Assembly: GCA_963726455.1 (NCBI GenBank)
Contig: CAVSCK010000004.1
Span: 1,696,001 to 1,760,000, forward strand
Length of the DNA stretch: 64,000 nt
Direction of reading: 5' to 3'
Source of the DNA: an uncultured bacterium
GTDB taxonomy: Bacteria > Zixibacteria > MSB-5A5 > CAIYYT01
The notes under the pieces are model-generated. The model searched no databases and was not told the DNA's origin. It was given only the letters and a program-made list of their open reading frames with translations. Each line of letters opens with the position of its first letter. The first letter of the stretch is position 1. Below, one piece after another: positions 21,445-31,144 of this stretch. The translations under genes and the position numbers were made by a program.

Positions 21445-22621
21445 TTTCCTTCCCTCTGCTGTAGAATTGGTTGACGATTTCTTCACCGAGTCCAACGATA
21501 TTGCCGATGCCGTATACCACAAGTGGCAGGCCGTCTGCCTCCGCCAGGACGCTCTGAAATATCTGTTGGGCGGACTCTCTGCCAAGATCCCTTATCTTTG
21601 AATCGGAGACGCCAAGCCGGCGGGCTTTGTTGAAAACCGGGGCAGTGCCAAAACCGGTCAACAGATAGAGATCTGCCGGCAATTCCTTGGATATCAGTGT
21701 TCCGAGTTGTTCAGCCCTCTCCACCCTGTCCTCGCGGCAATTGAGTATTACGACGGTTCTGGCGTCAATCGGAATCCAGCTCCCGAGTCGGCCCCAGGTA
21801 ATTCGGTAGGAATCGGGATCATTCATGGCGAAAGCATTGATAAAGGTTATCCGTTTTTCATCAATCGCCAACCTGTAGACGCGCAGAGCACCCGGGTCAG
21901 GATTGCAGGCGTACATTCCTCGCAGCGCAACTTCTCTGTCAATTCCAAACGCGGCGCAGACGGATAATGCCAACGCTACGTTCTCTGCATGCTCAAAGTA
22001 GCTGAAACCCCTCATCATTTCGTCGGTGACGGACTCGGCCAGGGACACATGTACAACGCTTCCCCGCCGCTCGGCGATTTCGCAGAGAATTCCCAGGTGC
22101 TGCCGCTCCGCCGTGAAGAATTGTCCCTGCTTCGAAATGGTTCGCGCCAGATTGCGGGCAACATCAGGTACCGTCGGACCCATTTCGGCGAGATGGTCGG
22201 CACGGGCATTGGTAATGACTGAATGCGTGGACTTGATCATTTGTTCTTCGACCACGGTCTGCAGTTCCGGCGTGACAGCCATGCACTCTGTTACAAACGC
22301 CTCCGCTCGCAGCTCGTAAGCCCGACGAACTATCCGCAACTGTTCGATAAGGTTCGCCTTGCCGGCACGGATGACCGGAACCTCGCTGCCATCATCGTAG
22401 ATGAATCTCGGCTTGGTACCTGTTGTCTTGGCTACCGTTCTGAGTCCGCCCGCGCGGAGACCGGCTGCGATTAATCTCGTGACCGACGATTTGCCGCGAG
22501 TCCCATTTACGTGAACACGAATCGGTATGCTTTTCAGGAACAATTGGTGCCGTCGAAAGCGATAGGCCTCGTAGCCGGTCACTATCACGAGAAGTACAAG
22601 GACAACCAATATGCCATTCAT
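21434..22621 (-). CDS. pgsB: Poly-gamma-glutamate synthase PgsB/CapB
   Basis: IRVHVNGTRGKSSVTRLI, AKTTGT, ANLIEQ, ECMAV.P, ITNARADHL..MGPT, PDPGAL, NAFAMND, NCREDR. Confidence 0.96.
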   Translation of the reverse strand: MNGILVVLVLLVIVTGYEAYRFRRHQLFLKSIPIRVHVNGTRGKSSVTRLIAAGLRAGGLRTVAKTTGTKPRFIYDDGSEVPVIRAGKANLIEQLRIVRRAYELRAEAFVTECMAVTPELQTVVEEQMIKSTHSVITNARADHLAEMGPTVPDVARNLARTISKQGQFFTAERQHLGILCEIAERRGSVVHVSLAESVTDEMMRGFSYFEHAENVALALSVCAAFGIDREVALRGMYACNPDPGALRVYRLAIDEKRITFINAFAMNDPDSYRITWGRLGSWIPIDARTVVILNCREDRVERAEQLGTLISKELPADLYLLTGFGTAPVFNKARRLGVSDSKIRDLGRESAQQIFQSVLAEADGLPLVVYGIGNIVGLGEEIVNQFYSRGKEIVY

Positions 22622-22715
22622 ATGGCCTCGTATATGAAAACCTTACGGAAACTTGGGTGTCATTCAATCTGGCCGAAGCTTAATCCGGGCTCCGTTGCGA
22701 CACCTCTGAGAATAT

Positions 22716-24923
22716 CTACCCGCAATGCGGAACTGCACCGCCGGCAAAAATGTACTGAATTAGAAAGACGGCGTCGGAGATGTCGACGTTCAAATCGCCG
22801 TTGGCATCGCCCTGGCCGTAGGGATAGTTGCAGTCTCCCGGCCGTGCACCACCGGAAAAGATATACTGTATCAGAAAGACGGCATCGGAAATATCAATAT
22901 TGCCATCGCTGTTGGCGTCGCCACAGGTTGTGCAAGCACCGAGTCCGTTGTAAGTACGCCTGAATACTCCCGAGGTATCACTTCCGATCCAGAGTTCTGG
23001 AGGCGAAGTCCCAGGGCGCATAGCGACTGTCCAGAGATCAAGCGAGCGCATGCCGGTATTGTACGCTGTCCAAGTCGCACCACCATCTTCGGACACGAAC
23101 AGGCCGCCTCCGAAGGTTGCTGTGAACATGAAGTTGACATTCAACGGATCGACTAGAACATGTCGCACGGAATTGACCGTCGGCAGACTGAAGAAGAGAC
23201 TCCAACTGGCGCCGGCGTTTGTACTCCGATAGATACGCCCCGAGTCGCTCCCGACATAGACATAGTTGGCGCGAGTCGGATCAAAATCGATCGTGCGCAT
23301 GTACATGTCGGAAGGCAGAAACCCGGCGGAACTCGTCAAATGAGCCCATGTCGTTCCACCGTTTGTGCTTCGAAAGAGGAAACTGGAATCCGTGCCGGCC
23401 AAGACCAGGCCTGATGTAAGGGGCGAAATCGCCAGTGAATGAATGGAGGTACTAAACGGAATCGTCGCGCCATTTGTGTTTGTCCAGCTCGTTCCGGCAT
23501 CAGTGGATTTGTATACTCCGTTTCCGGTTCCGGCATAGACGACATTGGCGTTGAAGGGATCCGCATCTACAGCCCTTACGAAGTGGTTTACGTTGAGTGT
23601 ATCGGTCAAGGTCCAGGTGAGGCCCTGATCCGCACTCTTGATAACTCCCGTTCCATATTGTGCTCCGTACAGAACCCCCGTGGTGGATCTGGAAAGGCGA
23701 AAAATGGAACTGTATGAGCCAACGGAATCTGCGACCCAGGCAACTCCATTATTGTCCGAATGAAAGATCCGATCGCCAAATCCGGCGCAGATGATGATGC
23801 GCCCGGAAGGTGTAAAGACGATGTCGCGGATGCTCGTACCCATCATGCCGGAAATCGCCGGCGAAAATGTCTTGGCGCTATCAACCGAGCGATAAGCGCC
23901 CACGTTGTCGAAACCCATCATCACGTCAGCTCCTCCGGCAAACTCGAAAGCGCCTTCCGGGATGTCAGGAATTCCCGGAATTCCGGCCGCGGCGGACCAG
24001 CCATTTGTCGAGTCGGCTGCCGCCTGTCGGCGATAGACGCCGCAGGTGGAATCGGTTCCGGATAGACGATAGCCGGAAGTAAGCCCGGTCGTGTTGACGC
24101 GAACGCTTGGAAGAGGTTTCGGAGTAGTAGTGCCGTCGATATTGCCAAAGTTTACTCCCCCGTTTGTCGATTGGTAGACTCCTTTGAGAGCTGTCCCCAT
24201 AATGAAAGTTGTCGCCGGACTTGCAGGAGAAACTGAGATGGACATGACGCTACTGCGTATGCCAATGGCTCTCTGCATCTGCTTCCACGTTAGTCCGCCG
24301 TCATACGACCCAAACAGCGCTCCCCCGGTGGTGACGTCGGCGATTGAGCCGCCAACGTAGATCGAATCTGCGCCAAATCGGGCAACAATACGCAAATGGT
24401 GCATAGCTTCATTGGACACGGGATCATACACTGTCGACTTTGTCCACGTCAGCCCGTCATTGATGCTGCGATAGAAATCGTCACCATAGGTCGCTGCGAA
24501 CCAGTGGCCGGTCGCCGGATCAAACGCCAGCGATCGGACGGAGAAAGCCGTCGTTTGGACGGGCACCCAGGTATGGCCACCGTCAGTGCTGCGCGCGATA
24601 TTGTCGTTGGTGCCGCATAACATGATACTTGAGGAACGCGCCACTATCGTGCGAACGTATGTGTTCGTCAATCCGGTCTTGTAATTGGTCCACGTTGTGC
24701 CGGCGTTCAAACTCACGAATACTCCCCATCCAAATGAGGCAGCCACAATCATGCCTGCATTATCCGCCGGGCTGGAAAATGCACGAATGTTCTTTGCGTA
24801 GGGACCTACGCCATTCCATTGAGCGTAAGTCGCCTGAAAGAAACCGCAGGACACCAAGACGAAAATGATGGTGATGGAAAAGAATCTCAGTAATCCGGCT
24901 GGACAGTGTGGGTTTTGATGCAT
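22716..24923 (-). CDS. Secreted BNR/Asp-box (Ycf48/Vps10-like beta-propeller) protein with C-terminal dockerin-like domain
   Basis: More than ten S.D/NGG.TW Asp-box repeats; duplicated GDAN.D..(I/V)DISDAVFLIQYIF.GG at the C-terminus. Confidence 0.85.
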   Translation of the reverse strand: MHQNPHCPAGLLRFFSITIIFVLVSCGFFQATYAQWNGVGPYAKNIRAFSSPADNAGMIVAASFGWGVFVSLNAGTTWTNYKTGLTNTYVRTIVARSSSIMLCGTNDNIARSTDGGHTWVPVQTTAFSVRSLAFDPATGHWFAATYGDDFYRSINDGLTWTKSTVYDPVSNEAMHHLRIVARFGADSIYVGGSIADVTTGGALFGSYDGGLTWKQMQRAIGIRSSVMSISVSPASPATTFIMGTALKGVYQSTNGGVNFGNIDGTTTPKPLPSVRVNTTGLTSGYRLSGTDSTCGVYRRQAAADSTNGWSAAAGIPGIPDIPEGAFEFAGGADVMMGFDNVGAYRSVDSAKTFSPAISGMMGTSIRDIVFTPSGRIIICAGFGDRIFHSDNNGVAWVADSVGSYSSIFRLSRSTTGVLYGAQYGTGVIKSADQGLTWTLTDTLNVNHFVRAVDADPFNANVVYAGTGNGVYKSTDAGTSWTNTNGATIPFSTSIHSLAISPLTSGLVLAGTDSSFLFRSTNGGTTWAHLTSSAGFLPSDMYMRTIDFDPTRANYVYVGSDSGRIYRSTNAGASWSLFFSLPTVNSVRHVLVDPLNVNFMFTATFGGGLFVSEDGGATWTAYNTGMRSLDLWTVAMRPGTSPPELWIGSDTSGVFRRTYNGLGACTTCGDANSDGNIDISDAVFLIQYIFSGGARPGDCNYPYGQGDANGDLNVDISDAVFLIQYIFAGGAVPHCG
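22740..22930 (-). repeat. Tandem dockerin-like (EF-hand-type) duplicated segment
   Basis: GDANSDGNIDISDAVFLIQYIFSGG / GDANGDLNVDISDAVFLIQYIFAGG. Coordinates approximate. Confidence 0.8.
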
Positions 24924-24989
24924 AGCTACTCCTGAATTTCGTGATGGGATCAGAGTTCAGGTACTGCTGTAGGCAAGTAAACAATACTT

Positions 24990-25017
24990 AATGTACCCGA
25001 ATTTCTTTCCTTGTCAA
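24990..25017 (-). promoter_or_regulatory. Putative sigma70 promoter of the BNR/dockerin gene
   Basis: TTGACA-N16-TACATT on the minus strand. Confidence 0.5.
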
Positions 25018-25373
25018 GCTGAAAGTGCCCTTTGTCGCCCTGAGAGTGAACATCAATACTTAATCGAGAAGCTGCCGCACTCTTTGTCAATTCAGTCATC
25101 TGGTAACTCATTATGGGATTTGACTAAAGCAGGGTGCGTAATGATAGTTGGACAGAGACTTGTCAGCACTTTCAGACCCTTTGTTAACGCAAACATTGCT
25201 CGATAACGACACTGTCACACATTGACTAACTAGACCGCCGAACTCGATGATATCGTTTGTATACGTTAGGTTTGTTGCAGGCATTTGCACACAGGTATAA
25301 AGAGTGGTTTTGCAGGTCGATTCTGCCAAGTGCCAGACCACCATAGAATTCCAGATTAGTTATCATTCCTCAT

Positions 25374-25402
25374 TTGACATTTGTTGAGCCTTATTGTAAA
25401 CT
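25374..25402 (+). promoter_or_regulatory. Putative sigma70 promoter of the HTH-EIIA/Ehr operon
   Basis: TTGACA-N17-TAAACT, 45 nt upstream of the GTG start. Confidence 0.65.
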
Positions 25403-25446
25403 TGCATCCCAAGATGAGACTCTGAGAGAGCGACAAGGATTCACCA

Positions 25447-26127
25447 GTGACTTTGAACGTTCGCGATGCAGCCAAACTGCTAGATGTTTCCGAGAAGACG
25501 ATTTATCGGTGGATTTCACAACAGAAACTGCCGGCTTCCCGTGTTGGCGATCAATATCGCCTGAACAAAGCAGAACTCTTGGAATGGGCAACCACAAATC
25601 AGGTCCAAATCTCACCCAAGATCTTCCAGGAGGATGGATCTGATCAGGTTATAAGTCTGGAAGAAGGTTTGAGAGCAGGAGGAGTCTTCTATCGGGTCGG
25701 AGGCCTGGACAAAGTATCGGTCATCAAGGAAGTCGTGCAAATAATGCCTCTGCCTGATGAAGTTGACCGCGCCTACTTGCTGGAAGTGTTGCTGGCTCGC
25801 GAGTCGCTCGGCTCCACAGGCATTGGAGGAGGCATAGCGATTCCGCACGTCAGAAATCCCATCGTGATGCACATACCCAAACCGATGGTTTCGCTTTGCT
25901 TTCTTGAATACCCCATCGAATTTGGTGCTATCGATCACTTGCCGGTTCATACTCTCTTTGCCATCGTCAGTCCGGCGATAAAGGCGCATCTGAAATTGCT
26001 TTCCAGCTTAGCTTTCGCCTTGCGTGATCCGGAATTTGCCAAGATTATCGAACATCAAGGTATGAGGGACGAGGTCTTCGTTGCTGCGAAACGTATTGAC
26101 GATCTCGTTTGTCCCCGGTCTGAATAG
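25447..26127 (+). CDS. Excisionase-type HTH (HTH_17) fused to a PTS EIIA (Ntr/fructose-type) domain
   Basis: LNVRDAAKLLDVSEKTIYRWI...LPASRVGDQYR HTH; LARESLGSTGIGGGIAIPH with the phospho-His; HLKLLSSLA. Confidence 0.88.
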   Translation: MTLNVRDAAKLLDVSEKTIYRWISQQKLPASRVGDQYRLNKAELLEWATTNQVQISPKIFQEDGSDQVISLEEGLRAGGVFYRVGGLDKVSVIKEVVQIMPLPDEVDRAYLLEVLLARESLGSTGIGGGIAIPHVRNPIVMHIPKPMVSLCFLEYPIEFGAIDHLPVHTLFAIVSPAIKAHLKLLSSLAFALRDPEFAKIIEHQGMRDEVFVAAKRIDDLVCPRSE

Positions 26128-26154
26128 AACCAAATAGAACTGATTGACAACTCA

Positions 26155-28107
26155 ATGCAATTGTTCCTGGCTGGTATTGTCGTTTACCTGATTGGCGCGG
26201 TCTGGTCTTTGTCTGTCCGCAACAAAACGTCACAGTTGGTCGGACCTGTCTCTGCGGTCTTCGGCGCTTCACTTTGCGCAGCCGCAAGCATTCAGGTCAT
26301 GCTTGGAAATAGTCTCGATTTGGTAATTCCCTGGGCGTTCCCAATAGGAGTCTTCCATATCGGCCTTGATCCGTTATCCGCGATCTTTGTCCTGCCGGTC
26401 GCGGTGGTCAGTGCCCTGGCCGCCATCTACGGACGCGGATATTTGCACGGGAGTATCGAGGGCAAGAAGCTCTCCTACGCCTGGTCTCTGTTCAATTTCT
26501 TCATCGCCTCCATGTATCTCGTTCTCGCAGCCAGAAACGGGTTTCTGTTCTTGTTCGCCTGGGAACTCATGTCGCTTTCATCATTCTTCCTCGTAGTGTT
26601 CAATCATCAGAAAGAGGAAGTCGGGAAAGCGGGCTGGATCTATTTTATAACCTCGCATATCGGCGTGGCGTTTCTACTCGTGGTATTTCTTTTGCTCGAT
26701 CCGTCCGGTACCTTGGAATTCGACAAACTCACAGCCGGCGGCCGGATGGCGTCGATTGTCTTTGTGCTCGGACTAATTGGCTTCGGCCTGAAAGCCGGGC
26801 TCGTCCCTCTTCATGTGTGGTTGCCTGAAGCACACCCTGCCGCACCATCGCATGTCTCGGCGGTGATGAGCGGCGTCATGATAAAGATGGGAATTTACGG
26901 GGTGTTGCGAATGCTGTTATTCCTTGGTGATCCAAGTCCGTGGTGGGGCTGGACGTTGGTCATAGTTGGGTCTGTGTCAGGCATACTCGGTGTGTTGTTT
27001 GCATTGGCGCAGCACGATCTCAAACGTCTCCTCGCCTATCATAGTGTGGAGAATATTGGAATCATCGTTCTCGGACTCGGGATTGGTGTTCTCGGCATTT
27101 GCTCGGGCAACGCCTTCGTGGCGACTATGGGATTTTGCGGTGGAATCCTGCACGTGCTTAACCACGCGATATTCAAGAGTCTGCTCTTTATGGGTGCGGG
27201 CGCCGTGCAACGCGCGACCGGGACGCTTCGACTCGATCGTCTCGGAGGACTGCTCAAACGGATGCCGACGACAGGGATGACATTTCTCGTAGGTTCGGTT
27301 GCGATATCGGCTTTGCCACCTCTTAATGGTTTTGTCAGCGAATTCCTAATTTATCTCTCATCACTGTCGTTCGTCTTTGGCGTCGGAAAGCCATGGGCGG
27401 GAGTTCTCGTACTCGCCAGCCTTGCGATCATCGGCGGACTTGCAGCCGCTTGTTTCAGCAAAGCATTTGGAATAGTCTTTCTGGGAGAAGCCCGGAGCGA
27501 CGAGGCGCGCTCGGGGAGTGAGCAGTCCATCTCGATGCGCTTTTCAATGATATCACTGGCAGGACTCTGTGTGGTGATGGGTGTAGGCGCTATCTGGATG
27601 CTGAAACTAGTTCTTCCTGTAGCTGATATGTTCGTACCCTCACGATTGCTTCAGGTTCCGCTCAACATCCCACTCGCTGCTTTGCTCCGAATCACAATCG
27701 TGGCTCTGTTGTTGATCGGTTTCGCGTTGTTAATCGCCCTCCTGCGCAAGCTGCTGCTTGCGAAACGCACAGTTCGAGAAGGAGAAACCTGGGGCTGCGG
27801 TTATGTTACGCCGACCCCCCGAATGCAGTACACCGCTTCGTCGTATGCCGAACCGATAATTGAAATGTTCAGAGGTATTCTCAGACCAAAGACGACGGCA
27901 AAAGGAATCGAGGGATTCTTCCCGCAGAAGGCAAGCTTCCACTCCCACGTTGACGATCCTTTCATGAACCGCTTGTTCAAGCCCGCCTTCGGCGGAATTC
28001 TGTGGGTAGCGGGGGAATTGAAACGCATTAAGACCGGTCAGATGCATCACTACGTGCTCTATATCGCTCTCACTATTCTGGTGTTGCTTATCTGGAGACT
28101 GGGATAA
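26155..28107 (+). CDS. hyfB: Ehr/hydrogenase-4 antiporter-like membrane subunit (HyfB-like)
   Basis: FLFAWELMS, GLKAGLVPLHVWLPEAHPAAPSHVSA, KRLLAYHSVEN, TWGCGY...RMQYTASSY. Confidence 0.9.
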   Translation: MQLFLAGIVVYLIGAVWSLSVRNKTSQLVGPVSAVFGASLCAAASIQVMLGNSLDLVIPWAFPIGVFHIGLDPLSAIFVLPVAVVSALAAIYGRGYLHGSIEGKKLSYAWSLFNFFIASMYLVLAARNGFLFLFAWELMSLSSFFLVVFNHQKEEVGKAGWIYFITSHIGVAFLLVVFLLLDPSGTLEFDKLTAGGRMASIVFVLGLIGFGLKAGLVPLHVWLPEAHPAAPSHVSAVMSGVMIKMGIYGVLRMLLFLGDPSPWWGWTLVIVGSVSGILGVLFALAQHDLKRLLAYHSVENIGIIVLGLGIGVLGICSGNAFVATMGFCGGILHVLNHAIFKSLLFMGAGAVQRATGTLRLDRLGGLLKRMPTTGMTFLVGSVAISALPPLNGFVSEFLIYLSSLSFVFGVGKPWAGVLVLASLAIIGGLAAACFSKAFGIVFLGEARSDEARSGSEQSISMRFSMISLAGLCVVMGVGAIWMLKLVLPVADMFVPSRLLQVPLNIPLAALLRITIVALLLIGFALLIALLRKLLLAKRTVREGETWGCGYVTPTPRMQYTASSYAEPIIEMFRGILRPKTTAKGIEGFFPQKASFHSHVDDPFMNRLFKPAFGGILWVAGELKRIKTGQMHHYVLYIALTILVLLIWRLG

Positions 28108-28110
28108 TCG

Positions 28111-29031
28111 ATGCCGCTCTATTGGTCAATTGCCCATTTGGCGCTGGCGCTGATTCTGAGTCCACTTCTACTCGGAGTCATAAACCGCGTGAAGGCATTC
28201 TTCGGAGGCCGCAAGGGATCGCGGCTACTGCAACCGTACTACGATATCTTCAAGCTGCTGCGAAAGGGAGCCGTCTACAGCCGAACCACGAGTTGGATCT
28301 TCCGAGCCGGTCCAGTAATTGGACTGGCGTCGATCCTGGCAGCACTAACACTGGCGCCGTTGGGAACTACGCACGCGCTGATCGCATTTCCCGGCGACGT
28401 AATCCTGTTGGCCTATCTGCTGGGATTGGCGCGATTTGCCACTGTGATTGCGGCTTTGGACACCGGGTCTTCATTTGAGGGCATGGGAGCAAGCCGCGAA
28501 GTGCAGTTCGCTGTTCTGGCCGAGCTGGCATTTCTGCTGGGAATGGTGGCACTGGCAATTCTGGGAAAGAGTTTCTCGCTGTCGCAGTTTTACAGCGGCT
28601 CCGGAATAGATGAATTGCCACGAATGAATGCCGTCGTTCATCTGCTTGTAGCTTCGGCATTCCTAATCGTCCTGCTGACTGAAAACTCTCGCATCCCGAT
28701 TGACGATCCCAGCACGCACTTGGAGTTGACCATGATTCATGAGGTCATGATCCTCGATCACAGTGGCGTGGATCTCGGAATGATCGAGATTGGTTCCTGC
28801 CTCCGGCTCTGGATATTCGGCGCCTTGTTCGTCGGCGCGGCATTGCCGGTGAGCACCGCATACCCCGCCATCAATCTGGCCGTCAGTCTGATCGGCTTGT
28901 TTGGGTTGGCCGTCCTGGTCGGAGTGATCGAATCCAGTATGGCGCGTCTGCGACTTCTCAGGATACCGCAGTTGCTCGTCACGTCCTGTATTCTGTCGCT
29001 ACTGGCCTTGATTGCGGCAGTGAGGTTGTAA
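28111..29031 (+). CDS. hyfC: Ehr/hydrogenase-4 NuoH-like membrane subunit (HyfC/HycD-like)
   Basis: QPYYDIFKLLRK, LDTGSSFEGMGASRE, ENSRIPIDDP.THLELTMIHE. Confidence 0.9.
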   Translation: MPLYWSIAHLALALILSPLLLGVINRVKAFFGGRKGSRLLQPYYDIFKLLRKGAVYSRTTSWIFRAGPVIGLASILAALTLAPLGTTHALIAFPGDVILLAYLLGLARFATVIAALDTGSSFEGMGASREVQFAVLAELAFLLGMVALAILGKSFSLSQFYSGSGIDELPRMNAVVHLLVASAFLIVLLTENSRIPIDDPSTHLELTMIHEVMILDHSGVDLGMIEIGSCLRLWIFGALFVGAALPVSTAYPAINLAVSLIGLFGLAVLVGVIESSMARLRLLRIPQLLVTSCILSLLALIAAVRL

Positions 29032-29676
29032 ATGGAAGATCTCGTTAGCATACTGTCGGTACTGCTGATACTGCTCAATTTCCGTTTGTTGGGCACAAGT
29101 CGACTGGCAGCCGGCGTACAAACTGCCGCGCTTCAGGCAATTGTGCTTGGTGTGTTGCCGGTGTTGGTCAATCCGTCGATTTCCCTGCAAGTTATTCTGG
29201 TTCTCGTAGTGGCAACCGTACTCAAAGCGGGCGTCTTGCCCTGGCTGATTAGGCGTTCGGCACGGGAGGCATCAGTCCAGCGGGAAGTCGATCCCGTTCT
29301 GGGATTTGCTACATCACTTCTCGCGGGCGTCATTTTGCTCGCACTTTGCATCACGATTACAAATCGTTTGCACCTACCCGCTGAGGCCAGATCGGGATTT
29401 CTAATACCCGTTGCCTTGTTCACAGTATTCAGCGGTCTCTTCTTGATAATATTCCGACGCAAGGCAGTGACTCAGGTTCTGGGCTATCTCGTCATGGAAA
29501 ATGGCATTTACCTGTTCGGTATGGCATTTGCCGTGCATGAAGCATTCCTCGTGGAGATGGGGGTTCTGCTCGATGTTTTCGCAGCAGTCTTTGTGATGGG
29601 TATTGCGATCTATCACATCAGCCGCGAATTCGACCACGTCGATACCGACCGAATGTCGTCGGAGTCGGAGCAATAG
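29032..29676 (+). CDS. hyfE: Ehr/hydrogenase-4 membrane subunit HyfE-like
   Basis: RRKAVTQVLGYLVMENGIYL, VEMGVLLD. Confidence 0.88.
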   Translation: MEDLVSILSVLLILLNFRLLGTSRLAAGVQTAALQAIVLGVLPVLVNPSISLQVILVLVVATVLKAGVLPWLIRRSAREASVQREVDPVLGFATSLLAGVILLALCITITNRLHLPAEARSGFLIPVALFTVFSGLFLIIFRRKAVTQVLGYLVMENGIYLFGMAFAVHEAFLVEMGVLLDVFAAVFVMGIAIYHISREFDHVDTDRMSSESEQ

Positions 29677-29677
29677 G

Positions 29678-31144
29678 ATGATCTGGGCTCTTATACTCTT
29701 GCCGGCAGCAGCAGGCGCCCTTGCCTTCTGGATGAAATCCAATGGCCAGCGTCGCGGACTGCTGCTGGGATCCGCGAGTCTACATCTCGCCCTGACTCTG
29801 GTCGCATGGATTCAGTATGAAGATGTACCTGTGAAAGGGTGGATTGCAGTTGATGCACTCTCGCTGCTATTCCTGTCAATTACGAGCGTGCTCTTTCTGG
29901 CGGCTTCCATCTACACCGTGGGATATTTGCGACAAGAAGATTTGTTGAAGCAACACGCACCCGACGACTCCCTGGGTGGTCACGGAAGTGAGGCCGTTTT
30001 TACCGGCTGTATGCTGCTCTTCCTTAGTTCGATGACGTTGGTCACAGCCAGCCGACATCTTGGTTTGGTCTGGGTGGGAATCGAAGCCACCACACTCAGT
30101 AGTGCGCCGCTGATTTACTATCACCGGCACCAGAGAAGTTTGGAAGCGACCTGGAAATATCTTTTGATCTGTTCCGTTGGAATCGCCCTGGCGCTGCTGG
30201 GGAATTTCTTTCTGGCAGTGGCAACATCGGTGGCCGGTGGCGAGCAATTGCGACTCACGATGGACGAACTGACCAAACATGCCGGACAACTTGATCCGAC
30301 CTGGCTGAAGGCCGCATTCCTGCTGTTGCTGGTTGGATATGGAACCAAGATGGGTTTAGTGCCGCTGCACACTTGGCTGCCGGACGCTCACAGCGAGGCG
30401 CCCGCGATGGTGTCGGCGCTCTTGTCGGGCGCGCTGCTGAACTGCGCTTTCGTGGGAATTCTTCGCGTTATGACCGTTCTCACCGCGGCCGGCCTCGGCC
30501 CATTTGCCCGGCAGCAACTGCTGTTGTTCGGAATTCTTTCAATGGTCGTCGCTTCCCTGTTTCTAATTTCACAGTTCAACTTCAAACGCATGTTAGCTTA
30601 TTCGAGCATCGAGCACATGGGTGTACTCGCCCTGGGAGTCGGACTCGGTGAGGCTGGAAATTTCGGAGCCATGCTGCATGCGGTAAATCATTCCCTGACA
30701 AAGGCAGCTCTGTTCCTGACCGCCGGCAGCATCATCACGTTTTACGGTACCAAGCAGAGTAACGAGATTCTTGGCATGTGGAAGAGCCATCCGCGAACGT
30801 CACTTCTTTGGCTGCTAGGTATTCTCGCCATAATCGGTTCGCCTCCTTTTGGACTCTTCAGCAGCGAATTGATGATACTGCGAGGATCGCTGTCGACCGG
30901 TCATTGGTGGATTGCCGCTGGATATCTTATCTCTTTGGCTATTGCAATGGCAGCAATCTCGGCGAGAGTCTTCAAGATGACTTTCGGAAATCCCAAGCCG
31001 ACTCACAAAGTCCGTCTGGGTGGTCCGTCGTTGTACCTGCCTTCGGCGGTCTTGATGTTGCTGGTCCTTGTCCTTGGTGTATACATTCCGAATCCGATCG
31101 CCAATATGCTCCAATCGGCCTCGATGGCCATAATGGGTAAATGA
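29678..31144 (+). CDS. hyfF: Ehr/hydrogenase-4 antiporter-like subunit HyfF-like
   Basis: WVGIEATTL, SLEATWKY, GYGTKMGLVPLHTWLPDAHSEAP, KRMLAYSSIEHMG. Start at ATG 29678, right after the hyfE stop. Confidence 0.9.
   Translation: MIWALILLPAAAGALAFWMKSNGQRRGLLLGSASLHLALTLVAWIQYEDVPVKGWIAVDALSLLFLSITSVLFLAASIYTVGYLRQEDLLKQHAPDDSLGGHGSEAVFTGCMLLFLSSMTLVTASRHLGLVWVGIEATTLSSAPLIYYHRHQRSLEATWKYLLICSVGIALALLGNFFLAVATSVAGGEQLRLTMDELTKHAGQLDPTWLKAAFLLLLVGYGTKMGLVPLHTWLPDAHSEAPAMVSALLSGALLNCAFVGILRVMTVLTAAGLGPFARQQLLLFGILSMVVASLFLISQFNFKRMLAYSSIEHMGVLALGVGLGEAGNFGAMLHAVNHSLTKAALFLTAGSIITFYGTKQSNEILGMWKSHPRTSLLWLLGILAIIGSPPFGLFSSELMILRGSLSTGHWWIAAGYLISLAIAMAAISARVFKMTFGNPKPTHKVRLGGPSLYLPSAVLMLLVLVLGVYIPNPIANMLQSASMAIMGK

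Noticed and set aside
25286-25299. TGCAC-ACAG-GTATA as a second LexA box
   Set aside because: Two mismatches in one half-site, and the flanking genes are not repair genes.
25447-25600. Excisionase-like HTH as a sign of a mobile element
   Set aside because: It is fused to EIIA, and there is no integrase, att repeat or phage gene nearby.
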